A stretch of DNA of 64,000 nucleotides from an uncultured Chloroflexia bacterium (GTDB taxonomy: Bacteria; Chloroflexota; Chloroflexia; Thermomicrobiales; UBA6265), in the NCBI GenBank assembly GCA_963724295.1, contig CAVRUC010000005.1, positions 96,001 through 160,000 of the forward strand, given 5' to 3'. The position numbers and the translations under genes are program-made. The notes below the pieces were generated by a model, which saw only the letters and a list, made by a program, of their open reading frames with translations, did not search any database and was not told the DNA's origin. This document shows positions 17,819 to 27,142 of the stretch, one piece after another (the stretch's first letter is position 1; each line of letters opens with the position of its first letter).

Positions 17819-19377
17819 GCCACCACTTCTCCCTGGCTACGCTTCCGCGACCCGACAACCCCCAACCGATCTCGCAGATGATCGGCGACGCGCAACGCTT
17901 GGGCCGCGATGGTCAACGCCGGGTTGACCGCAGCCGATGATGGAAAGAACGATCCATCGACGACGTAGAGGTTATCCAGATCGTGCGCGCGACAGTAGGG
18001 ATCGAGCACCGAGCGAGCCGAATCGCGGCCGAACCGCAGCGTTCCGCACTGATGCGAATTCGTGGCAATCCCCATCTGACGATCGAGGAGAACCGGAAAG
18101 CCGGCGCGGCGAAGCATGGATTTTGCATGACCCATGAGCCGGACGTGGGCCGCCAGGTTGTTGGGACGCCAATGGATCACGATATTGCCACTGGCGTCGA
18201 GCGTCGCCCGGTTCGCGGCATCGGGCAGGTCCTCGCTCATCACCCACCAGTCGACACTGCGTTGCGCCGCGGCTCGCAGCGACCAGTCCGGAGCATATGG
18301 AGCGGAGCCGCGCATCATGACGCCTTGTAGTTTGCCAACTGGCTGCAGGTTCCCCATCGGGAACGGAAACCCGGGATCGATACCGGCGCGATAGAAGTCG
18401 TTCACCGAGATCGTCTTCTGGAACACGGTCGGATTCGGCCGGCGCGGATCGATCGCAACCAGCACCGAGTTGGTATGCACCATATAGTTCCGGCCGACGA
18501 GACCTGAGCTGTTGGCAAGCCCGTCCGGACTGCGGTCAGTCACGGACCGCAAAAGGAGTGCGGCCGAGTTCACCGCACCGCACGCGGCGACGACGATGTC
18601 AGCCTCGACCTCGATCCGTTCCCCATCACGCTCGACAACCACCCCGGTCGCTCGCGTGCCGGACGGATTGGTCGAGACTCGTGAGACAAAGGCCTCGGTC
18701 CAGATCTCGACGTGCGGTGAGTCGAGCGCAGGGCGCACTGCACAGATGTCGGCGTCCCCTTTTGCCAGCACCTGGCAAGGGAAAGCGTCGCAAGTTCCGC
18801 AACGGATGCACCGCCCGCCGGGGCGGTAATCAAGACCGACCGGCAGCGGCGCCGGGTGCAACCCCTGACGCCGAAAGCGCTCCGCCAGCTCCGCCATGTA
18901 AGGATCAGGCGGCATTGGCGGGAAGGGAAACGGTGCCGAGCGGGGTGGGTCGGTCGGGTCGGCTCCGGCTTCACCGTGCACCCAGTACAAGCGCTCCGCC
19001 CGGTCATAGTACGGAGCCAGCTCCTCGTACGAAATCGGCCACGCGGGGGACACGCCTCCGGCATGCTGGATCTCCCCAAAGTCTTCTCGACGCAGCCGTG
19101 GCAGCGCGGCCCCATAGACCTTGGTATTCCCACCGACGAAATAATGGACACCCGGCGAGAACCAGCCGCCCTCGGCGTCGCGCCACTGCTCTTTGGCCTT
19201 GTAACGATTCTCACCGAAGACAGCCGCGGCGCTCCAGTTTTGTGGCTCGCTCGGAAGAAACGATCCGCGTTCGAGCAGCAGCACCTTGGCGCCGCAGTCC
19301 CGCAGGGCCCAGGCCAGGGTGCCCCCGCCCATTCCAGACCCGACGATCACCACGTCGGCATGTTGCGCTCGCGTCAT
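17815..19377 (-). CDS. GMC family FAD oxidoreductase
   Basis: VIVGSGMGG, VGGNTKVYGA, WPISYEEL.PYY, CIRC.TCD.FPC, HQCGT.RFG and NLYVVDGSFFPSSAAVNPALTI motifs. Confidence 0.93.
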   Translation of the reverse strand: MTRAQHADVVIVGSGMGGGTLAWALRDCGAKVLLLERGSFLPSEPQNWSAAAVFGENRYKAKEQWRDAEGGWFSPGVHYFVGGNTKVYGAALPRLRREDFGEIQHAGGVSPAWPISYEELAPYYDRAERLYWVHGEAGADPTDPPRSAPFPFPPMPPDPYMAELAERFRRQGLHPAPLPVGLDYRPGGRCIRCGTCDAFPCQVLAKGDADICAVRPALDSPHVEIWTEAFVSRVSTNPSGTRATGVVVERDGERIEVEADIVVAACGAVNSAALLLRSVTDRSPDGLANSSGLVGRNYMVHTNSVLVAIDPRRPNPTVFQKTISVNDFYRAGIDPGFPFPMGNLQPVGKLQGVMMRGSAPYAPDWSLRAAAQRSVDWWVMSEDLPDAANRATLDASGNIVIHWRPNNLAAHVRLMGHAKSMLRRAGFPVLLDRQMGIATNSHQCGTLRFGRDSARSVLDPYCRAHDLDNLYVVDGSFFPSSAAVNPALTIAAQALRVADHLRDRLGVVGSRKRSQGEVVA

Positions 19378-19393
19378 GAAGTGGAGCTGGACC

Positions 19394-20260
19394 CTAGCCC
19401 TTCATCGAACCGGCGAGCAGGCCTCGAATGAAGAATCGTCCGAGGAGGATATAGACCAACGCCGTCGGCAGCGCCGAGAGCACCGCGGCCGCCATGACGA
19501 CGGTCCAGTCGACTGAAGTCGTGCCATTGAGGTTATTAAGCGCCACCGTCACCGGCTGATCGGCCGGGTTGAAGACAACCGTCACCCCGAACAGGAAGTC
19601 ATTCCAGATGTTTGTGAACTGAAATATGCCGACGACCACAAACGCCGGCAAACTCAATGGCAGCATGATTTGGAAGAACGTCTGGATCAGGCCAGCACCG
19701 TCGATCCGCGCCGCCTCGACCAGCTCGCTCGGAACATTTGCGAAGTAATTGCGGAAGATCAAAGACGTGATCGGAATTCCATAGATGATGTGAACGAGAG
19801 CCAGTCCCTGCCAACTCCCGTAGAATCCGATGAGGTCGAGCGTCCGGATGAGTGGAATGAGAACTGCCTGATAAGGAATGAACATCCCGAACAAGATCAG
19901 CGTAAAGATCACGTCGGAGCCGCGGAATTTCCACTTCGAAAGCAAGTAGCCATTCACCGCGCCGAGAAGCGCGGAGCCGATTGTTGCCGGAATGACCATG
20001 CGCACGCTTGCCCAGAGGCTGGGACTCAGCACGTCCCAAGCCACTGGAAAACCGCCACCGTTCAGGTAGAGCGGCAACTTCCACATATCCGAGAGGGTCA
20101 TGTACGTCTTGTCTTTGAGTCCGTTCGCAACCATCACATAGACGGGCATCAAATAGAACAGCGTCGCTGCGACTAGAAGTGCGTAGACCACGTAGCGGCC
20201 GAAACGGTTTTTCTTGCGTGGCGAATACGTGCGTGGCGCCGGGGCCATCACAGTAGCCAT
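19394..20260 (-). CDS. Carbohydrate ABC transporter permease
   Basis: EAA loop ELVEAARIDGA; FQFTNIWNDFLFG; FIRGLLAGSMKG. Confidence 0.93.
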   Translation of the reverse strand: MATVMAPAPRTYSPRKKNRFGRYVVYALLVAATLFYLMPVYVMVANGLKDKTYMTLSDMWKLPLYLNGGGFPVAWDVLSPSLWASVRMVIPATIGSALLGAVNGYLLSKWKFRGSDVIFTLILFGMFIPYQAVLIPLIRTLDLIGFYGSWQGLALVHIIYGIPITSLIFRNYFANVPSELVEAARIDGAGLIQTFFQIMLPLSLPAFVVVGIFQFTNIWNDFLFGVTVVFNPADQPVTVALNNLNGTTSVDWTVVMAAAVLSALPTALVYILLGRFFIRGLLAGSMKG

Positions 20261-20262
20261 AG

Positions 20263-21300
20263 CTAGAGTGTCTTCAACTGGCGAGCGAGATACGGCACGA
20301 TGACGATCGACACGGCAACGAGCATCACGATTGCGGCTGCCGCGCCGAAGTTGAAGCGCTGGGCACGGAAGATCATCTCGTAGACAAAGATGCCCGGCAC
20401 GTCGGTCGCAAATCCTGGCCCCTTCCCGGACATGGCGAAGACCAGGTCGAAGATCTTTAGCGACACATGCGTCAGGATAATCAGCACGCTGACTGTGATG
20501 GGGTTGAGGAGAGGGATAATGATGTCTTTATACAGCCGATAGTCGCTTGCTCCATCGAGCGAAGCCGCCTCCCGTACTTCGTGCGAGACGGTGCCGAGTC
20601 CAGCCAGGAACATCGCCATTGCGAAACCGGAGAGCTGCCATGCCGCGGCGACAGCGACCGCGATCATCGCGACTGGGACTCCGAGCTTGAGACTCCACTC
20701 GGCGGCAGGCGGAAAGACTGCCGCAATTGGACCGTTGAGTTGCCAGACGACACTGGGTCCGTGATCCAGCCGGGTTTGAGTGGCTCGGATCCGCTAGCAG
20801 CCAGGAGCTCGTTGATCCCGGTGGCATCGATGAGCAGGTTGATTCCAGTCTCAGGATTGAAGATCCATCGCCAGGCAACGCCGGTAGTGATGAATGACAG
20901 CGCGTATGGAAAAAGAAAGACGCTGCGGAAGAAGCCACTTCCGCGAATATGCCGATCGAGCAGAATCGCCAGACCAAGCCCTCCCAACACGGCCATGATC
21001 AGAAATGCGATGGTAAAGACGATGGTGTTACGAAGGTCAATTTGAAATCGAGTCTGACCAAACAGATCTGGATAAACCGAGCCGATTGGCCGGCGGATCG
21101 TCAAATCCGGCTTCGCGCTCTTCCAATTGGTGAGAGAAATGTAGAACGTGTAGCCGATAAACCCATAGACAAAGATGAAGATCACCACTGCCGACGGCGC
21201 CAGCAGGAGCGGCGAGAGGATCCTATCCACGGCGAAACGGCGGCGTGCCCCGCGTGGCCAGTCGCGCTTCCGGAGCTAGTGCTGGAGATGTAACCGCCAC
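20263..21300 (-). CDS. Carbohydrate ABC transporter permease (apparent frameshifts near 21250 and 20755)
   Basis: ORF 20664..21230 (FRSVFLFPYALSF..TG..WRW.FNP) and ORF 20263..20667 (WQLSGFAMAMFLAGL, EAASLDGA) join into one permease; probable GTG start at 21300. Confidence 0.88.
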
Positions 21301-21342
21301 TCAATGACCCTCGAGCTGGACGAATCGAAATGTGCGCGATCG

Positions 21343-21376
21343 TGCCTTCTCTCCCGGCTCACCGGGAGAGAAGGCA
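21343..21376. terminator. Long stem-loop between the SBP and permease genes
   Basis: TGCCTTCTCTCCCGG-CTCA-CCGGGAGAGAAGGCA, 15 bp perfect stem. Confidence 0.7.
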
Positions 21377-21444
21377 GCGGTGACGGTATGGCAGACCAAT
21401 GCGAACTCGCAGAACTCAACCGCAACCCGCGCGTTGTCTGAAAA

Positions 21445-22757
21445 TTACGCGCTCGCCTCCGCATCCATCGCTGCTGCATCGCCAAGCATCGCGAGAATGT
21501 GTCGACGTCCTTGTCCGTAACGAACGCGGTCGTGGCGTCGTAGAACGCCTGCTGGAACGCCGGAGAGCATGCCTGACTGTGGGCAGCTGACGGCACCAGC
21601 GCATCGTTGCTGAAGCTGTCCATTGACCACTGATGATACGGCGTGAAGAGATCGCGATTCGCGTCGGTTCGCGCCGGAATCGATCCCTTCAATGGATTGA
21701 ATGCCTCTTGCGCTTCCTTCGAGCCGAGCGTGATCAGCCAGTTCCTTGCGTTCTCAGGATGCGGCGCTCCCACCGGCAATGTGAAGCTGTCGACGACGAG
21801 CACAAAGGAGCCATTAGATCCCGGATGGCTCACCCAGCCGATGTTGTCTTGGGCATCTTTGGCCAGCACTTCACCATATGCCCAGTCGCCCATGCTGTTG
21901 AAGCCGGCCTTGCCTTCGATCACGAGCGCTATGGCATCGCTCCATGCCAGGGCCGAGAAGTCTTCGTTCACATAATCGAGCATTCTGGCAAATATTTCCG
22001 CGGCTTCTCGGGCACCCTGATCGTCCCAGGGAGTCTCGCCGAGAAATAGCGCGTTGTATGTTTCGGGTCCAGCTACGCCGAGCAACGTGTTCTCGAACGT
22101 CTGAGGCCCCTGAAAACCTTCGTTGTTACTGAAGGCCAGCGCCGGGATTCCGGCGGCCTTGAGCGTGTCAGCCGCGGCAAAGAACTCATCAACGGACATC
22201 GTGTCGCCGATTTCGATTCCGTTGTCGGCCATGACCGTCTTGTTGTACCAGAACCCGTTTCCGCGGTGGACGCCGACGGGAATCGAGTACTGTTCACTTT
22301 CCCACGACGCTTGTTCGATCAGACCAGCTGGCATGACGTCTGCCCAGCCTTCGGATTCATAGAGATCCGTGATCGGCTCGCAGCTACCTGGAATGACGTA
22401 GAGATCGGTCAGTTCTCGGCCAATGTGTGTCTGCCACGAGTCGGGGGGCTGTCCGCCCTGCAAACGCGTCTGCAACACCGCTTTCGCGTTAACACCCGCG
22501 CCTCCCGAAACAGTCGAGTTGACAACTTCGACCCCGGGGTTGGCCGCGGTAAAGGCATCAAATAGAGCCTGCAGCGCCTTCGACTCGCCGGGTGAAGTCC
22601 ACCAGGAGAAAATTTCCAACGCGTCCTCAGCCTGCGCCGCTGCTAGGCGAGATCCAATTTGTCCAAGACCAACGGCCCCGATCCCGAGTGCCGCTCCCCC
22701 TCTAAGAACACCGCGCCGCGACGCGCGTGACGCAAACCTCCTGGAAAAATCGTCCAC
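21445..22757 (-). CDS. Sugar ABC transporter substrate-binding protein (glucose/mannose-type), Tat signal; apparent frameshift near 21490
   Basis: SRRGVL Tat motif; LEIFSWWT, GGAG.NA.AVL.TR..GG.PPD, HRGN.FWYN, MGDWA, DSF and FNPLKGSIPAR motifs; AAGGAG SD. Confidence 0.92.
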
Positions 22758-22887
22758 GAGTTACTCCTTCTCCATTGCGGAACATAGGCCATGCGCCATC
22801 GCACAACCCCCACGCACGAGTCGCCAGCGATCGCTTGGCACAGAGGGACGGCCCCCAAGAACACCCACATCGCTGCGAGACCTACGG

Positions 22888-22927
22888 CATGTACCGGGTT
22901 TGTACATGGCCTTTTCCCTACCGTCAA
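22888..22927 (-). promoter_or_regulatory. Internal sigma70 promoter with overlapping palindromic operator
   Basis: Minus strand TTGACG-17 nt-TACAAA; the inverted repeat CATGTAC-N7-GTACATG (22888-22908) covers the -10 box. Confidence 0.6.
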
Positions 22928-22938
22928 CCAGTTTCTCT

Positions 22939-24064
22939 TCAGCTGACCGCCGGCGCGCCAAGCATTTTGTCCAGCGCCTCGACGAAGAAGTACTCGCCCC
23001 ACATCACGCTTTCGTCGACGCCCAGGTCCTTGCGCTCGTGGTAGCTGCCATGCTTGAGGATCCCTTCCCAGCCCGGCGTGTTCACCGCCAGGAACTCCGG
23101 CGTGAGAAGCGTGTCCAGAATCGTCCGGGCGTACTCCTTGTAGTTCACTGCCCGCGCTGCTTCCCGCGTCAGTTCGGCGAGCTGCAATAGACCGCTGGCG
23201 GCAATGGCCGCCGCCGAGCTCTCGTAGGGTCGCCGCGGCGGATGCTCTTCCCAGTCGTTCGGGGGAACCCCATGTGCTGGAGTGCGCTCGATATAGAAAT
23301 CCGCGCAACGCTGCGCCGTGTCCAGGAAGCGCTCGTCACCTGATAGCCAGTACGCGATGCCAAATCCATAGAGTGCCCAGGACTGGCCCCGCGCCCACGA
23401 CGAATCATCCCGCCACCCCTGGTGGGTTGCCTGGCGCAAGTACTCACCCGTCTGTACGTCGAATATGCCCTCGTGGGCCGTACTGCCATCTCCGCGTACG
23501 AGGTACCGTCTCGTCGTCAAGCAGTGCTCGTGCGCTCTCCGCAGCAGATCTCGATCGCCGCTCCTGTTTGCGGCGTGAAAGATGATGCCGACGTTCATCA
23601 TGATGTCGATAAAACAACTGTCTGGGGCCACGAAGGATCGTAAGTACTTGCCTTGCTCATTGAAGCGCAAGCCCATGGTTTTGCCGGCCTGGATCACTCG
23701 AGCCTCGATGGCTTCATCCCCGCTTTGGTCGAACCACCGCTTCCAGGTTGACCAGAAGACGAATCCGAGATCGTGAACATTCGTATCGTGTTGGCGCTCC
23801 TCGATGAGGAGTGAGTAATGCTCGGCTCGCTCGCGCCAGTACTGGTCACCGGTTCGAGCGGCGAAGATCCACATCATGCCGCCGAGAAATCCCTCACACC
23901 AGTTCGTCCACGCCTCGCGGCCGTGCTGCCACTTTCCACCCTCGGTATAGAGCGGGAAATAGTCGGGATGGTTGGTGATCAAGCGCCCGCACTTGCGTCT
24001 GCGCCAGCTCGAGCGCCTGAGTGGCACGGGTCTCCAGTGGGGCGGTCGCATCGAATCGCGTCAC
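22939..24064 (-). CDS. Glycoside hydrolase family 88 (unsaturated glucuronyl hydrolase-like); apparent frameshift near 23985
   Basis: W..GF..G..W, HDLGF, FIDIMMN, HQG...S.WARGQSWALYGF, SSAAAIAASGL and WGEYFFVEAL motifs; N-terminus VTRFDATAPLE... starts at GTG 24064 with AAGGAGG SD. Confidence 0.9.
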
Positions 24065-24101
24065 CGATGACCTCCTTGCCGCTCGCGGCGCACGACGAAT
24101 G

Positions 24102-24884
24102 TCATCGGCCCGAGAAGCGCGGCGGGCGCTTCTCACGGAACGCGGCGATGCCCTCTCGGCCGTCCTCCGTGGCGGCGGCCAGCGACCCCGCAAACGCTTC
24201 CGGCGCCGAGGTGTCACCGTTGATCGCGGCTTTCGCAAGCTGTACCGAGATCGGAGCGTTCGCCGCGATCTCGGACGCCAGCGCGCGGCACCGCGCCATG
24301 AGCGTGCCAGGCGCGACGACCTCGTTGACCAATCCCCAATGCTCCGCTGTAGCTGCGTCGATACCCGAGCCCGAGAAGATCATCTGCTTGGACCGGGCTA
24401 CGCCGATCACCTCTGGGAGTCGCGTCGTCCCGGCCCATCCGGGCAGCGTGCCGATCTTCGTCTCTGGTAGCGCGAACGTCGCGGTATCAGCGGCGATGCG
24501 GATGTCGGCGGCAAGCGCCAGTTCCAGCCCACCGCCGAACGCGAAGCCGTTGATCGCCGCGATGGTCGGCTGCCGCAGATGTTCCAGACGCTGCAGGACG
24601 CGATGTCCCTCCCGGATCCAGCTCCGCCACATATCGAGTGGTTCGAGCGCCGCCCATGCGTTGACGTCGGCCCCGACGGAAAACGCGCGGTCGCCGGATC
24701 CCGTGATGATCACCACACGCGCGCTGGGATCGACATCGATCTTGGCTATGAGCTGATCCAGATCAGCGAGCATCTCCGGACCGATCGCGTTCAGCTTGGC
24801 CGGGCGGTCCAGGGTCAGCGTCGCAATTCCATCTTCGCTGACAAGCACCACGCGCCCTGCGGGTGGCAGTTCGCCGCTCGTCAC
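24102..24884 (-). CDS. Enoyl-CoA hydratase/isomerase family protein
   Basis: TLDRPAKLNA, FSVGAD, AAINGFAFGGGLELAL and FALPE (both catalytic Glu present), EDGREGIAAFREKRPP.F. Confidence 0.93.
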   Translation of the reverse strand: MTSGELPPAGRVVLVSEDGIATLTLDRPAKLNAIGPEMLADLDQLIAKIDVDPSARVVIITGSGDRAFSVGADVNAWAALEPLDMWRSWIREGHRVLQRLEHLRQPTIAAINGFAFGGGLELALAADIRIAADTATFALPETKIGTLPGWAGTTRLPEVIGVARSKQMIFSGSGIDAATAEHWGLVNEVVAPGTLMARCRALASEIAANAPISVQLAKAAINGDTSAPEAFAGSLAAATEDGREGIAAFREKRPPRFSGR

Positions 24885-27142
24885 CGCTCCTCCCCGGACC
24901 GAAGTCGGTCGACCAATTCACGCGCGGCCTTGAGGCAGAGCGCCCACAGGGTGAGCGTTGGATTGACGCCCGCGCAGGTCGGGAAGACGGCTCCGGAAAA
25001 GACATACAGTCCAGGCGTGTCGTGCACCCGAAGGGTGCGGTCGACGACACCCGCGGCAGCATCGTCGTTCATGCGGCAACCGCCGACGTCGTGCGAGCTT
25101 CCGGCCCCGGTGAACATCGGACCGTGCCAGGTCTTCGTCGCCCCCATCGCGCGTAGGATCGCGTCGCCCTGCCCCGCCATGAAGTCAGCTAACCGCCGCT
25201 CATTCGGTTGCAAGTCGTAGGTCACCCGGACGACGGGCATGCCGAGACCGCTGCGGTCCCGATGATGCGGATCGATGTCGAGGTAGTTGCTGCCGTAGGA
25301 GAGTGCCTCCGGTTGCATGCGGACGACGCTCCAGCGCTGCCAATCGCGCAAGTGCGCCTTGTAGTCCTTGCCCCAACGCGGCACATCCGGCGGTAGCGTT
25401 TCGCGGCTGATCTGGATTGGCAAGAACTGATTCTCGGCGCCCAGCGTCGAACCACCGAGGAAACCGTGCGCTCCGCAATCGAACGAGGCGTCGAGAAAAT
25501 CGTCGATGACAACGGCCTGCGCCGCGGGACCCGTGTGCCGGTTGAAGACCGCGTCCGGTACGTAGCCATCGACGTGCGGGAACATCTTGCTCATGAAGTG
25601 CCTACCGAGTTGCCCGGTCGCATTCCCCAGCCCACTCGGATGCCGATCGTCGCCTGAGAGGAAGAGCAGCCGCACATTTTCGAAGGTGTATGCTGCCAGG
25701 ATGACCGTGTCCGCGAGCTGTGTCTGAGGACGCCCCAGCGCGTCGACGTATTCCACGCCTCGCGCCCGGCCGTCGGCGTCGGTCAGAACCCGGGTGACGC
25801 GACAATGCGTCCGCAGGTCGAAATTGCCGGTGACCAGTGCTTCCCGCACGCTCGTCAGGCCCGGCTGCCATTTGTCGCCGGTCCAGGAGCCGAAGCCGTT
25901 ACTCCACGCGGTGTACGTCATCTCCGGGTAACCGTTGTACGGCTTGGTGGTCATCCCCACCGGCGCCGCGTGCGGGTGCAATCCAAGACTCCGCGCCGCG
26001 GCCATGAACATCTCGCCCATTCGGAATGGCCGTGTCGCGGGCAGAGGGTACGGTTGATCGTGCGGCAGGAAAATATTGTCCTCGTCGCCCCCGATGCCGA
26101 CGATGCGTTCGACTTCCCCAAAATAGGGGCCTAGCTCGTCGTATGTGATCGGCCAGTCGACGACTGTGCTTCCTTCCGGTATCGCCGCCGGTCCCCAGCA
26201 CCCCACCGCGTGAGAGCGCAGACGGAAGTTGTGGGCGGGGAACCGGCGCAACCAGCCCCCGTAGTGGATCACGGATCCGCCGACACCATTCATCATTCGC
26301 CCGAGGGAGAAGGTAAGCTCGCGGGTTGCTTCAGATTCGTTGCGGCGCCAGCGCGGTGTCTCACTCTTGAACTTCGCGCCCATCTCGGCTCGGCAGTAGT
26401 AGGTCGCCGCCAGCTCGTCCGGCTGGAAGTCTTCGCGTCGCCAGTACGGGCCGGCCTCCAGGCCGACGACGTTCAATCCGGCGCTCGTCAGCACCGGGGC
26501 AATGAATCCCCCCGCACCGCCGACCCCAACGAGGACGACGTCGGCCCGGTCGGCGGGCGGTGCCGCTCCGCGCTGCGGATCGAATCCCGGGACCTCTTCC
26601 TCGGGCTGTCGCTGATGGACTGCGCTTGCAACGTCGGCGAGCGACTGAATGCGGCCTCCCTTGGTCACCGGGTCAGGCGAGAGATTTTCTTCCGCGCTGT
26701 TCTCCAGCCACACTCCCGGATGACCGAGGAAACGCCAGCCGAGCTTGTCACGGTTACCACCATAGGCAGGATCGCTGAAGAGACCCTCCTGGAGGTGGGA
26801 TCGCATGAGCTCGAAGAACGAACCCTGGTCGGGCGCCACCCAGCCCGGAATTTCGCCGCGTTCGAGGTCACGGAGAAGCTCATCCTGCGCCGATTCCGCG
26901 GATTCTCCGAATCGCACACCATTGCGGGCCCGGCTAACGCTGTCGAGCAGTGCCAGGCCACTGCGATAGACATGTAAGTGCTCGCGATACGCACCCGCCA
27001 GGGCCCGGTCCAGGTAGGTGACCACGCCGATCTGTTGAGCGCCGGGACTCTCCTCGTCGGACGGAAACATCCGATCGAAGGCAGCCGCCGCGACCGACGC
27101 CTCCCGAGTGGTCAGGGCCAGCAGCGGCTCAGACTCGTCCAA
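24881..27142 (-). CDS. Fusion of gluconate 2-dehydrogenase subunit 3 (gamma) domain and GMC oxidoreductase
   Basis: N-terminal DR.FP.D..PGA...GV..YLD..L, FF.L...H..EG.FSDP.YGGNRD..GW..LG.PG; then VVLVGVGGAG, GVGGSVIHY, DWPITYDEL.PYF, HDVGGCRM and NPTLT in one frame; start approximate. Confidence 0.85.
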   Translation of the reverse strand: MDESEPLLALTTREASVAAAAFDRMFPSDEESPGAQQIGVVTYLDRALAGAYREHLHVYRSGLALLDSVSRARNGVRFGESAESAQDELLRDLERGEIPGWVAPDQGSFFELMRSHLQEGLFSDPAYGGNRDKLGWRFLGHPGVWLENSAEENLSPDPVTKGGRIQSLADVASAVHQRQPEEEVPGFDPQRGAAPPADRADVVLVGVGGAGGFIAPVLTSAGLNVVGLEAGPYWRREDFQPDELAATYYCRAEMGAKFKSETPRWRRNESEATRELTFSLGRMMNGVGGSVIHYGGWLRRFPAHNFRLRSHAVGCWGPAAIPEGSTVVDWPITYDELGPYFGEVERIVGIGGDEDNIFLPHDQPYPLPATRPFRMGEMFMAAARSLGLHPHAAPVGMTTKPYNGYPEMTYTAWSNGFGSWTGDKWQPGLTSVREALVTGNFDLRTHCRVTRVLTDADGRARGVEYVDALGRPQTQLADTVILAAYTFENVRLLFLSGDDRHPSGLGNATGQLGRHFMSKMFPHVDGYVPDAVFNRHTGPAAQAVVIDDFLDASFDCGAHGFLGGSTLGAENQFLPIQISRETLPPDVPRWGKDYKAHLRDWQRWSVVRMQPEALSYGSNYLDIDPHHRDRSGLGMPVVRVTYDLQPNERRLADFMAGQGDAILRAMGATKTWHGPMFTGAGSSHDVGGCRMNDDAAAGVVDRTLRVHDTPGLYVFSGAVFPTCAGVNPTLTLWALCLKAARELVDRLRSGEER

